DNA of 64,000 nucleotides, taken from the NCBI GenBank assembly GCA_950097015.1, contig CATNEN010000025.1, forward strand, positions 868,001 to 932,000. The letters run 5' to 3'. Source of the DNA: Macrostomum hystrix. Lineage: Eukaryota; Animalia; Platyhelminthes. The position numbers and the translations under genes were made by a program. Numbering within the stretch: the first letter of the stretch is position 1; the number at the start of each line of letters is the position of its first letter. Positions 1-12,222 of the stretch are shown piece by piece. Below the pieces are notes generated by a model. The model did not search any database. It had not been told where the DNA came from and saw nothing but the letters and a program-made list of their open reading frames with translations.

Positions 1-1430
1 TTTCCGAGGCCGAAGCCGAGCTTCAATCCCTGCGAGCGGTGCACTCAAGGTGCCGCGGCCAGCTCGATCAGGTGCGAGCCGAGCGGACCCGCATCCAGCA
101 GGAGTACGATCGACTGCGGCGTCGGCTAGACGAATCGCCAGCCATGTCGCCTCCTCCGCCATTGTTACCTAGATCACAATTGTCGCCCTCGCCGACGCCT
201 CCGGTGCAGCATCCTCCGCCGCCGGTTCCTCCTCCGCCTACGCAGCTTCAAATTTTGCAGTCAGAAGCTGCGGCAGCTGCGGCAGCCGACGATGAGGTTC
301 TCACTCTGCGCTCTGAGAACGAAGGCTTGCGTTTCAAAGTTAGCGTTCTTGAGACCAAAGCTAAGAAAATGGAATTCAGATTAAGGGCCGAGCGAGACAA
401 AATTGACAAGCTTCAGGTAACTAAGAGTATATAAAAATGTGAATACTGTTTCGCTCGAACGTTAATTACTTATACGTTAATAAATTTCTAGCACCGACTG
501 GACGAGAAGGACACCGAGCTGGACCAGCTGGTTGATAAACTGCGCGCTAGCCGAGCTCAACTAGAATCGGAGAGAAGCCGTCGGCTCGGCGAGGCTAAAC
601 GCCTCAGCACCGCTCTCGAGGCCGAAGAGGCGCGCGCCGGTAAACTGGAACGACGCCTTCGCGAGGGCAGCGCTGAATCGGCGGCGGCCGTTCTAGCCGA
701 AGAGGCGGCTGCAGCTCGCGAAGCCAAGCGTCAGACTGAGCAGCGCCTGATGGCCGAGGCGGCTGATCTGCGCGGTCAATTAGACGAATTGGCGGCCGAC
801 AATCGCGAGTTGCGCAATCGTTTAGAAACGGCAGCCGCTCACGGCACCGGCCTCGGCGGAGGCGTCATCAGCGGAGCCGACTGTTCCGAGTGTCGACGCC
901 TGCGCGAGGCGGTTCGCGTACTTGAATCGCAGCAGACGGCGCGGCGACGGCGGGCAACCAGCGAGGCCAAGTCTGTAGCCACGGAGCCGTTGCCGCCTGT
1001 CGCCGAGGCTGCCAGCCAGACTGGCCCCGAGGCGGACGACGCCATTGAAGATGTTGACCTGCTTCGGAAACGTTTGAATGAACTCGAGTTGGCTGCGGTC
1101 GAGTGCGAGACCCTCCGTGCCCTGGTGAAACAGCTGGAGGAGTCGGCAGCAGCTGCGGCCACTTCGCCGCAAACGCCTACAGTAGTTGATGAAGCTTCGT
1201 CGGCATCGCCATCGCTGTCAACAACGGAGGACTCCGTGATTATTCCGATGCTGCTAGCTGCCGATGAGCAGTCGGTCTCGGCAGCAGCAACTCCGCTGAC
1301 TTTAATTCGGCGCCTGCGTCGCTGCCTTGTGCCGTGGCGGTCTGTGCGGCTTCGGCCGAGTGCGCGCAACGCCGCTCTGGCTTATCTGTGCGGCCTCCAC
1401 TGCCTGCTGCTGTACTTCCTGCTGCTGTGA
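1..1430 (+). CDS. Coiled-coil protein with C-terminal transmembrane anchor, golgin-84/CASP/giantin-like (5' truncated)
   Basis: Frame is open from the window start. Exon to 416, GT-AG intron 417-491 (phase 0), exon 492-1430. The long coiled coil ends in RNAALAYLCGLHCLLLYFLLL*, carrying the Y-x3-L-H motif typical of golgin-84/CASP/giantin TM anchors. Confidence 0.65.
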
Positions 1431-1464
1431 CCTTCCTGATCTGCTAGTTATAAAAGCAAGTAAA

Positions 1465-1920
1465 ATTCTAGTAGATGGAAACCCACTGGGTGGAATCCCA
1501 TTGGGTAGAATCCCATTGGGTAGAATCCCATTGGGTAGAATTCCACTGGGTAGAACCACATTGGGTAGAATCGCACTGAGTAGAATCCCACTATATAGAA
1601 TAACATTAGTTCAAATCCCACTGGGCAGAATCCCATTGGGTAGAATCCCTCTGGATGGAATCCAACTAGCTAGAATCCCACTAGCTAGAATCCCACTCTG
1701 TAGAATCACATTTGATAGAATCCCACTGGGCAGAATCCCACTGGATGGAATCCCACTAGCTGGAATCCCACTAGTTCAAACCCCACTGGGTAGAATCCCA
1801 TTGGGTAGAATCCCACCGGCTAGAATCCCACTAGTTAGAATCCTACTGGATAGAATCCCATTGGGTAGAATCCCACCGGCTAGAATCCCACTAGTTAGAA
1901 TCCTACTGGATAGAATCTAT
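1465..1920. repeat. 15-nt minisatellite (TAGAATCCCAYTGGG-like) just downstream of the golgin stop
   Basis: About 30 degenerate copies are visible. They explain the GRIPL/GILPN pseudo-ORFs. Confidence 0.95.
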
Positions 1921-2972
1921 ATATTTTTGCCTATTTTCCAAGCTCTTCAACTCTAACACGGTTATCAGTCGTGTAGTGCGATTTCGCTTGACAATAGAAA
2001 TGGATATGCTAGTTAACTTAAAATAATAATAATAATATTGTGTCGGTTAGCAATGGCAAAATTATCTTTTTCTTCTACTCGTATGTGTGACCTATCAATG
2101 ATTTTCAATCAATTTTAAGCTTCCGAAGTTCTTGCTTGACTTGTTGTATCAGTTTGTATTTAGTTAGCTGTATACTAGGTTGGAATTGCATTAAGTGTGA
2201 ATTCAGTTGAAATTACAAGCACTCGCACTATATAACACATATGTAGTGTGCTGCACCAAATAGATTTTGAACAATGTGTTTTTTGTTTGTTTTAGTTTGA
2301 AAAATGTGATTTATCTACATTATGCTTGCTCATCTATATTTGCCATAGAAATTCTACCATTAAATGGATTGTAAATTGTAATTAAATTAGTCTTAATGGT
2401 GTGCTCTCCCTCATTATAATCATTGGTTTCTGAAAACCGGTCTCTGAGTATGACAATTCGCTTTATGTTTCTAAAGTCTACTCACTCATTGATACCTGGT
2501 GAAAGCTCATTAACGTTCTTCTTCAGATGCCAAACATTGTTTTGACTTATTGTTAAGCTGAAAAATATACAAGACAATATCAATAGTTATGCAATTATGT
2601 TGACTTGCTTGTAAAATAAATTTTTAAGATTTTAAGAATATCGGCTACTTTCTCTTCGTAATTCCTGAATTGCGCATTCTAATTCTATAGATTTCCGGCT
2701 TGAGTCACAGTTGGTTCTCAGCCATAGACAGACATCTCACTCGATCAGCAAATTACGAGTATAAGGAGTATAAGGAGTGCTTGAATTGTCTAGCTATTTG
2801 CATAGCAAACATAATTATATAAATAAATACACATGCGAAAATTATAAATTCCAAATTAGTTAGCAAATTTCTGTCTTTTGTTTTATAACTATTTTAGGCA
2901 AAGCACTCGCCCAGGTTAATTAGACTAGCCTAGTCACAAAAAGCGGTATAGGGCGGTGTACCGCTGGCCGCC

Positions 2973-5900
2973 ATGCACCGAAAGCGCCGTGGTAGAGAGC
3001 CCGACTCGTCGGCCAACAACCAAACCAAGCCGAGCCGGCAGCAAAACTTCCTGCAGACCTGGGACCGGAGTCGCGACCACCGGGACAGAGAGTTGCCAGT
3101 CACGAATCACCGACGTCATCATTCGCATCAGTCAAAACAGGAGACATCATACGCGAATGTGGACAGTTCGACTTCGTCGGGTGGTTCTGACAAGTACTCC
3201 ACTGTCAGGAGGCGCTCTTTGACCTACGTACCAACGTCCGCCTGGGTGAAAGACTTCAAAGACGAAGACGACACTGATGCTTATGGCAGCATAAGAAATA
3301 CTTCCTCGAATAGGTCTCCAGATTCTGAAATACTATTTTGTGCGTCTAAAAGTTGCTCGCCAGTTCAGCAGAAGACAACTGTCGTGTCGAAACAATTAGT
3401 TATTGTGCAACAGGAGCCAGTACCACCACGGCCGCCGCCACGGGCAAACCGCAATCAGCAGCAATCAGCGCGGATTCCACCGTTAGCGTTAGCGACCCCA
3501 TCTGCATTGGTAACACAGCCTTCACAAAGTCCGCCTTCGGCATCAGCGATCCAGCCACCGACACCGCCTCGAGCGCCACGTCCACCGCCTCGAAAATTCC
3601 TGCCAAATCGGCCACCGCCACCGCCACCATCACCATCGCCTCCTTCGTCGCAGCTACCACTACCATCACCGAAGATGATGACACCAAAACCGTCCTCGGC
3701 ACCACATAAGCTCTCACCACAGATGCCATTACCACCGTCTCTGAAGCCCCCTTCGAAGCCACCTCCTCCACCGCGGAGCGCATCTGCTTCTGTTAAAAAA
3801 GATTCATTCGCTTCTGACGTGGTGTCTGACCACAGTCGGGTGCCCCAGTGTGAGCCGCACGTAGCATCTACGATAACGCGCCAGGCACTGGCAGGCAGCA
3901 CGCGCCATGCCGTCGACATGGAGATTGCAGCTACGGCTTCATCTAAGACGGAGACGAAAAAACGCCGCGTACTAAGTCAACCATCTGAGGTAGCACTGTT
4001 GCTGCACGAGATTCTAGTGGGCGGGGCAATCCGCGCGGGCGCTGGAGAGACAATGCCAGCTGAAGGGTCCATGCCTGGAAAATCGACTCACGGCTCTGGA
4101 GTAAGTCGTGCTAATAAAGACAAGTTAAAGAAGGAATCCCAGAAACTGTCAAAGAAGTCAACGAAGATGCGTAGCTACTCGTCTGAGTCGAAAATAGTGC
4201 ACATTCTGGCTGAGATCATAGCTGAGAACATAAGCCGGGCTGATCGTCACAAGTGCAAGCAGAATGGGCAGGGTGATTCAATACCTAGAAACTGCAAATC
4301 TCTTGCGGAGCCCACGAAGGTGAGTAGCAGAACCGAAATAAATAAAAAGGCTGCGAAAGCCAGACAGCACAGTAAACATAAAGACGCCGCTGCTACCGAT
4401 AAATGTGTTTGCCGCCAGCAGAACTTCAACAATTGTTTTAATAAGCCGCATAAAATTAGAAACAGAAGGTGGCTTTGCCAAACTCATGCCCTCTGCATGC
4501 GATCTGTCAGTCGCAGTCGAATTGGCGATCGCTGTGGCTCTGAAGCAGTTTTATTGGGCAGATTTTCAGCAGACATGCGAGGATCAGTGTTGCCTAGATC
4601 ATCGCTACTATCGCTTTGTCGAATGCCCGTCAGAACTTCAAGCGAGTGTGGGGTAAGACTTCTTCATCGACCAAACGCATCGAAACGCAGAGCCAACAGT
4701 CGACATAGTTTGTTTTTTGAAACAAGTATTTGTTCATCGCGAGTGCACTCGACTGCGACGCCAGTTTCCATTAGCAGCCTGAAGCTAGAGGACACCCGCA
4801 ACCGCTCCAGATCGCGCTCTACAGATGAAGCGATTGCCAGTGTACGCTCAGAAACGCCAGAGTTAAGCACGGATGCCATCAATTTTGTGCAGGTGGGCGT
4901 TATCGCCGCGCTTACTAGCAGCTCATCGCAAGCAGTATTGCTAGAGATTTCGTCAGATTCGCGGACAGTGGCCGGTAGGCAGTGCCAGCACTATTGGAAG
5001 CGAAATGTGGATGACTCCATGTCGCAGGCTGCAACCTCAACAGCTGCTAGCATTGAGGAGTTGTTCGGTTGCATTTTGAACGGTCGCGACGAGTCGAACC
5101 TTCTGCTACCCATGGAGGATACGGAGGTGACAAGCCTGAAGTCCGTGCCAGCTGACACTGGGTCCGAGTTTCGGTACGGTGACCGCATAGAGACGCAGCC
5201 TATGATTCAAATCCTTGTTCCAGAGTCATTGCGCATATCAGAGCGAGATGCAGTGTTGGACACGGAAGCCACCCAGCTTCTGAGGGAGTGCTCAAATTCT
5301 GAATGCACCTATTTTAGTAGCAAGACTGAACAATTGAAACTTTCCAGAAGAAGTTCTACACTTTCATCGAAATTTTCAGCCGGTAAGTCTGGCCTGCTGT
5401 CCAAGTCTAATATTGAGGTGGAGAGTGCTCTAGAATCCAACTGGGTTGCAACGCTGCCGGCCCGGCCTTGGATCGACCGCGAAAACTTCAACGGCGCGGT
5501 AAAAATCACCGAAAGGAAGCAGACCACGCTTGGTCGCAGAAGTCGAGTTCAAATAGTACTGCCGCTTGCAGAAGCTATTCAACATCAGATCGAACTACCT
5601 AGCTGCATCGTTGAACAAAGCTTTAGCTCGTGGCGACCTCTGAAATATGTTCAGCAGCTGAAGCTGAACCTGCCAATCGTCACCCCCGAGATTACAACAC
5701 CTGTGTCGATCAGCCAGACGATAAATATCGTCGGTCGTTTTAGTGAGTCCGAGGTCACTAAAAGTGTCATTCGGACTAAAGTCTGCTGCAGAGCTAGTAG
5801 CCCGAAATTTACATTTGCTAGATGCGTTGCATCGCGAATAGTTAATTTTTCAATAGTGAGATACCATCTTCTGGGCTCGTCAATTGAATTGGCAGGCGAC

Positions 5901-6551
5901 CTATTTAATATATCGCTGCTTAAAACGACGAATCGCTCAGAAGCGAACGATGGATCCAAAGTCGGTCGGCACCAGCAATGCGCAAGCCAGTATGATTTTC
6001 CTCCTCATTTTATTGACTTGACTTGGCCACCCTGCTGCTTCAATTGGGCTTCCGAGCGCCCCGCTAACCATGTTAACAATGATCGCATTGAACTGCTGAG
6101 AGTGGCAACCAACCTGGCTATACAATGCCACGCGAACCAAATCAGTCAGGAATCAGGCGTGAACAAATGTCTGGCGAACCCACTGAAAGATGTCGTTTTT
6201 AAATTATTAAGCCCCACCGAAAGCTCACTAAGACTTAAGCCAGTCATCCAGCAAGGATTGGTTGCCAAAGTCTTTAAAAGGATCTCTAAAAACTGTAGGC
6301 TGCGCAATATCATCTTACATTGTCCAGAGCTAGTCATCAATCAGATCTTTGCCGGCGTGTCGCAGGCGGGAGCTGCTGACAGCTCATTTAGTACTCTGGA
6401 CAAACAGACGCAGCTCGGCTACTCAATGCAGAATATGCAAAAAGAAGTTCAACAGCGACAACAACCACGACAGCTGCAAGATCCATATTCAAAGAAGCGA
6501 TTCAAATATTTAAAGCCTGAATTACAGATAAAGACAACAGCGAGAGGTTGA
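2973..6551 (+). CDS. 1192-aa single-exon hypothetical protein, Pro/Ser-rich N-terminus, no recognisable domain
   Basis: 3.6-kb stop-free ORF of non-repetitive sequence. Acceptor-like ATTTTAG ends at 2897. Composition matches the other exons. Confidence 0.75.
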   Translation: MHRKRRGREPDSSANNQTKPSRQQNFLQTWDRSRDHRDRELPVTNHRRHHSHQSKQETSYANVDSSTSSGGSDKYSTVRRRSLTYVPTSAWVKDFKDEDDTDAYGSIRNTSSNRSPDSEILFCASKSCSPVQQKTTVVSKQLVIVQQEPVPPRPPPRANRNQQQSARIPPLALATPSALVTQPSQSPPSASAIQPPTPPRAPRPPPRKFLPNRPPPPPPSPSPPSSQLPLPSPKMMTPKPSSAPHKLSPQMPLPPSLKPPSKPPPPPRSASASVKKDSFASDVVSDHSRVPQCEPHVASTITRQALAGSTRHAVDMEIAATASSKTETKKRRVLSQPSEVALLLHEILVGGAIRAGAGETMPAEGSMPGKSTHGSGVSRANKDKLKKESQKLSKKSTKMRSYSSESKIVHILAEIIAENISRADRHKCKQNGQGDSIPRNCKSLAEPTKVSSRTEINKKAAKARQHSKHKDAAATDKCVCRQQNFNNCFNKPHKIRNRRWLCQTHALCMRSVSRSRIGDRCGSEAVLLGRFSADMRGSVLPRSSLLSLCRMPVRTSSECGVRLLHRPNASKRRANSRHSLFFETSICSSRVHSTATPVSISSLKLEDTRNRSRSRSTDEAIASVRSETPELSTDAINFVQVGVIAALTSSSSQAVLLEISSDSRTVAGRQCQHYWKRNVDDSMSQAATSTAASIEELFGCILNGRDESNLLLPMEDTEVTSLKSVPADTGSEFRYGDRIETQPMIQILVPESLRISERDAVLDTEATQLLRECSNSECTYFSSKTEQLKLSRRSSTLSSKFSAGKSGLLSKSNIEVESALESNWVATLPARPWIDRENFNGAVKITERKQTTLGRRSRVQIVLPLAEAIQHQIELPSCIVEQSFSSWRPLKYVQQLKLNLPIVTPEITTPVSISQTINIVGRFSESEVTKSVIRTKVCCRASSPKFTFARCVASRIVNFSIVRYHLLGSSIELAGDLFNISLLKTTNRSEANDGSKVGRHQQCASQYDFPPHFIDLTWPPCCFNWASERPANHVNNDRIELLRVATNLAIQCHANQISQESGVNKCLANPLKDVVFKLLSPTESSLRLKPVIQQGLVAKVFKRISKNCRLRNIILHCPELVINQIFAGVSQAGAADSSFSTLDKQTQLGYSMQNMQKEVQQRQQPRQLQDPYSKKRFKYLKPELQIKTTARG

Positions 6552-9500
6552 GCAACAGATCTTGCGATTCCAGATCACCAGGTGCAATTGATGTCTCTCA
6601 GCTCAGTTAAAACTGGTTGAACGCACCACCGACGATAATGCTAGCGACGGCTATATGTCCACCAGCGATTGCGCATGAGAGCAAATCAGAACAATAACCC
6701 CCTCAATCACCGCACTGTGAGCGTGCGTTGAATTTTTTCTAATAGCATATTTTTCATGGGCTTCTTTTTCGGAACATTTACACACAGGAATATTATTTCA
6801 GATTTTTTCTGTTAAACATGAGAAGAACGTACTGCATTTTTTTGTCAGTCAGTGAGTCATAAGAGATGTATGACGTGTGTTTTTTGTTTCTTAATTTTTA
6901 CGATTTTTGCTGGGCTGCTTTCTCATCAAGTCCAGAAATTTAAATACCAGGTTGCGTCGTCACAGCCGCTAAAAAAGAAATCATGAATGTTTTGAACGAT
7001 CTATAATTAAGTAGGTAGCGAAATAGGTGTTGATGTTTGGAAACTAGACTTTAAATGAAATTCTTAACTTAGGTCTTATATTGGCAATTCGTGTCTTTCA
7101 AACAGTAGAAAGACCACGCATTTTCCCCTTGGGGAAAGACCTGCAGGGTTTTGTTTAAATACCCACTGCCCATTTCACGAAAGCTCCCAAACCGAATGAC
7201 CGATTTTTTGTGAAAGTCTAAGAACTCAATGAACTGTTGACCAAGTCAAAATGAAGAGATCAATTTATTACTCTGGGGCGATCCGGGAATTACTCACCTA
7301 AATAACGGAAGCCGTCAAACCTTCTGAAAAATTAACTCGTTTAAACAAACTCCATAGTCTAAGCGCTTACTTTTGCTATAAGCTATAAGTATCTTGAATT
7401 CAAATTTGCAGAAAAACTATGTTTTAAAAGACTTTAAGGTACTGTGACACATTTTGCGAAATATTGAGGTAATATTTAAATTCTCATTTCAGTCTTTCTA
7501 AATTTCTAGCCGCGAGCCATGCCAACATTGTTTGTGTGTTTTAAGAGTCAAGTCGTGCATTTCTTAGTATAAAAACTTTGTTGGGTTGTTTAGCGCGCAG
7601 TATATTTACTGCAGTATATTTATCAGTATGTTATGTTTCAAATAAAGCATCTGGCCACTAGCTGTGTTAGTGACTAGACCTAGACTCTGGGCTAGACCCC
7701 CGTACCCGTGACAGCAGCCAGTAAATCCATGAGAGGAATGATTGTTGTTGGCGCTCTAGGTCGGCCAGCCATGTCAGATGCGCTGAAATTTAAAAAATTC
7801 CGGTCATAATAATTTAATGTGGGAAACTAGGACATTGCCAGCAAGCTAAGGCAAAGTGGTTTGTCAATCTACAGACTGTCAGTGTCAACCTGTGTTTTGC
7901 AGATACATACTTAGCTGGACCGGACAATTGTACATCACCCTGAACTGCCTGTGAATGAAATGTGCATGTTTACATAGCAAATAGCAAATACCTAGCAAAT
8001 TTCCAAATTGCATTATAAGATTGGTACATGTACAGTTTACAATTGACTGACTTGTAACATTGTTGCTGACCCCAAGACATGTCATGTCGGCCTTTGTAAA
8101 CCTGAGAACTAAAATATCATAAAAAATTTCCCAAAAGCAAGACTAGACATTAAAATGTGTTGTAACAAAAAGTATTAGTACCAAAATGCCTAGCAAATGT
8201 TTTGTATTTTACAGCTATTTTTGTATTTATGTTTTGTCCAGCTATCTATTTTTATAAGTTCATAAATATTATTGATAGTATATAGGTTTTTGTTACAAAT
8301 TCTTAATATTCAATATTTGGCTATAAGACATTACGGCCCAATAGTGAAATCATCTTTCCTAGTCTTTCATATCATTTCTCTTCTCTCTTTTGCCTTGGTT
8401 TGCACTGCTATGTCTTTAAAAACTTATGTTTAAAATATTTACTTGTTATAAGTAATTAATTTGTCATTATTATTAAATTAGCTAACTAAACATGCACAAC
8501 TAGAGGATTGCCTGCATTTAAAGCATTCTTTAATATAATAGTGTTTCTTTCATTTTAAGTTGTTTCAGTCAAGACTAAAACAATTTGGCCTAAGTCTATT
8601 ATTAGTTTTTCTATCAGCCTATTATCTGTTAATATGATTTCATAAAAATGCAAAACAATAGTCAATATGTCAACATTTTGCTGTCAAATAGTTTATTTTG
8701 TATAGTAGTTAATTAAACAAAGTATAGGCCCTAACAAAAATATTTAGTAACCTAAAGGCAATTTTTTAATTAGTATAAGTGAAAACATATGATATAAAAA
8801 TTGGATATTGTACTTAGAATTGTCACCTAGTCAAACTAAGCAGTATGCAGGTCTCTTAAGGTAGCTAGTTTCTGCCTTTCTCTACCTCAATGTGACATTT
8901 TAACATGTGCTATACAACTGGCCAGGAATGACTTAAGACTAGAACACCTAGGAATGGAAAGCAAGGTGTAATTATGTCTTACATATGGGTCAAACATATA
9001 GGTCACAAAGTCCAAGTCAACTATTGGATTGCTCAATTTATGTAACAACAGCTGGTCATACTTAAATTTCCCCAACAAGTTATGTTACCTATGCAACTTT
9101 CAAGATTCATTGCTAATCTTAGTAAGCTAGAGTTCAAAGCTTACTAAATAGTCTTAAGCACTCAATAGTTTTTGTGCACAATTGATGTATGATTTTTGTT
9201 GGTGCAAAAGCCTCCTACCCATTTACAGTCATCAGATAAACAGCAAATTAAAATATAAATGTTTAATTAAATTTGGTTCAATTAAACTTAAATAAGCAAA
9301 ATATTGCTGAATTATCAATGCTGATTTTCTAAATAAAAAAAGATATAATATAATATATATATAATAATATAATATGCATTATTTTTGCATTGCAAGAAAT
9401 TCTAGAGTCCACGTAAATTTCTTGTACAATTAATTCAAATTTAAATAGGCTTCAATATTAATTATAAAAAACAAGTTGATTTAATGCCTGCATATATTAC

Positions 9501-10833
9501 TTTTGTGGCTATAAAAGGAGGAGCATTAACATTAAAGTTGAAGTAGTTCACTACTCACTATGAGGCTTTACAGTACAGTATTTTTATACAACAAAATTGT
9601 AGACAAAGACTATTATGTTTTACAGGTCCATTTTAAAAGTGTACTAAAACATTTTTATTTAAAAGGGTAATTGCCAAGAATAATTGTGGATCAAAATGAC
9701 CAGTTAAATGTTGTTAGGTGAGCAATAACTATCAATAGTTACTAATTTTATTTTATTACTTCTAGAGCAAGAGTATTATAGAATTGTAACTCATAAAATT
9801 TGTCTTGAATTAGCAAATTAATCCAGCCAGGCTGACACTTAAGGCTGTGCTACATAATTCTATGATAAATAGAGCTAACAAGTACTAGTAGGCATAATTG
9901 CCACACCTGCACTATTTTAGCGCTATTGCGCTATTTTGCTTTAGCTGTGCTATTGCGCTACTTTTTGTAAAATACAGTAAATCCTGCGCTAATTGATACA
10001 AAATTGTATATTTCACATTAGTTCCCTACCTCAGACTCATCTCATATAGAATAGCCAGGGAAGGGATGGAAATTAATGACCAAAAAGGACAGTACACATA
10101 CACTAAAAACATCTTTACATGTTATTTATTACTAACTGCTTTGTCCCTCTTCCCAAGATGGCTGCTCCTTATCAGCTTGCCTCCAACCCTTTCCCCTTTC
10201 TAGGCGCCTCCCATGTCTTGTGCTCTATGCCTCCACCCCTCTCGCTATATATCTCACCCTAGTCATGCCACCCCTCCCTGGGCTAGGGTGAGACTAGGCC
10301 AAAACCCTCAATGTACATATAGGGTCTGAGGTTTGGTTTAGCCAGGTGGGGTTTGGTTCACCCCTGGCCCAATCGCAGTCCCACCCAAATGGCCCAGCTA
10401 GAGCTCTTTTTTAATCACTTTTAAACAGAGAACTTGTTTTTCAACAAAGTAACAGAAGCGACAGAAGAAACTATTTAATTGAATAGACGCTTGCACCAGG
10501 CATGAATTCCAAAGCAAAGCCTAAGCGGAAGCCAAACCAACAAGGCCGAGCCACAATATGGGACGAAGACTGGCTAAAAGAGAAAGATAACTCTGGGCTT
10601 TGTGGACTTGTGGTTACTGCTTATGAATTTTACCGTTTATTTAAGTTTTAAACAATTTATCTAATGCTGCGCTAAGTTTTTCATCCAGCGCTAATATTTC
10701 ATTGCTTGCCAGTGGCAACTATGCTAGTAGGCCAGCTAGCTGTCTATGGACTACTCATTAGCTAGTTTTTTACTACATCTCGCACATTATTTTTAGAAAT
10801 TTCAGACAGTACAACGAAAAAACACTTAGGAAA

Positions 10834-11487
10834 ATGTCAGCAGCAGCAGTAGCAGCTGTTGCTCAACCTGGTCCTCGTCGTCGGCGCCAGCAGCAGCAGC
10901 AGTCGTACCTGCGCGCGCACGAGAAAACTGGTCCAAATCTAGAGAAGGACGATCATCCGATTCCTCCATTTCGTAGGACCGTGCCACCAGATCGTGTCTC
11001 CGTTCCGCGCGCCGCGTCAGCCAACGATTTGCGCCTAATTAGACGCAGCGTCAACTATGTCAGGGCCAACGCCAATGCGGCCAGCGCCGCTGGTAGTCGC
11101 CGATTTGATGCGGCTTCCACCGCAACTGCGGCGCGCACAGCTTCGGCTATCGACCTGACTGGTTATCGACGCGGCGAGGTTCCCAGTTATCTGGTTAAAC
11201 GACGCCAGCTAACCGAGGCGGCTCACGCTGCCGAAGTCGCCGCCAGACCGGATCCTGACCAGCCGCCCGGTCATCGCCGACTGAGCGACTCTGAGCGTCG
11301 GCGAACTCTCGCCCTACTAACTGAAAATCATCGATTGTTGCTAGGCGAATTAAATCGCCTACCTGTACGCTCGGATACAGTCCGTCTGGTGCGTATCAAA
11401 GGCGAGATCGAACGCAAATTGGCCGAATTAGAGGAAGCGATGCGGATCTTCTCTAGGCCAAAAGTGTTTGTTCGAATTGACAACTGA
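10834..11487 (+). CDS. ENKD1: Enkurin domain-containing protein
   Basis: GEVPSYL...PPGHRRLSDSERRRTL...LEEAMRIFSRPKVFV matches the enkurin/ENKD1 C-terminal domain. TTTCAG acceptor ends at 10805. Confidence 0.85.
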   Translation: MSAAAVAAVAQPGPRRRRQQQQQSYLRAHEKTGPNLEKDDHPIPPFRRTVPPDRVSVPRAASANDLRLIRRSVNYVRANANAASAAGSRRFDAASTATAARTASAIDLTGYRRGEVPSYLVKRRQLTEAAHAAEVAARPDPDQPPGHRRLSDSERRRTLALLTENHRLLLGELNRLPVRSDTVRLVRIKGEIERKLAELEEAMRIFSRPKVFVRIDN

Positions 11488-12222
11488 TCATATCCTTTGC
11501 GTGACTCTATTGTACACTGAAGTTTGTTTGGGGACAACACTTATTAGGATTGACAGAGTGCACTGATTGGTAAATTGGTTGCTGTCCTACAATCCTGTCT
11601 CTGGGAAGAAGCTAGAGTTCATTTTAAATCAAAACGCTTGGCCGTCCACGAATTGAAAAGGTTTTTTAGAGTTTTTTGCTCTTTTGTTGGTTTATTTTTT
11701 TAGCTTATTTATGTTTAAGCAGTCGACGCACAATATAAGATATTTTGTCGAAATTGTGATACAAAAGCCATACATTTTTACATTGTCGATATAGTTATTA
11801 CGGCTGGGCCGAGCATGGCTTTTTTAGCTGGAACTATTATTGTGATTTCTTTGTAAATTTGTTTTTCTAGTTAAATAAACGAGAACTATTATTATTGAAA
11901 GAAGCAAAACACTATTGATTTTATTTTTTATCAACCTTCCTTGCAGTTTAGATTGCCGTTTTAATAATTTAATTTTGTGGGTTAATACTTGGTATACTAC
12001 TCTAAAAGTATAGTGTGCTGCTGAATTTTATAGTTTGCTTATAAAATATAGACGGGGAGCTTGTTGCTCATTGCAGTGCTTCGGAGTTGTGAAATAGAGA
12101 TCTAGAGTTCGAATCCTAGGGAAATATTTTGTCTCCCTTACTAAACGGACCTTACGGTGTCCTTTCTATTCAATTAAAAATTATCGAATAAAATTTAGCC
12201 TCATTTTTTGCAGTCACCAGCC

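Noticed and set aside
8850-9100. LINE C-terminal remnant on the minus strand (RHNYTLLSIPRC..LKSF)
   Set aside because: The resemblance is vague and no RT motifs were found nearby, so it cannot be supported without a search.
10502-10650. Upstream coding exon of ENKD1 (MNSKAKPKRK...WDEDWLKE)
   Set aside because: No convincing donor, and the frame closes. It may be a decayed DNA-transposon fragment.
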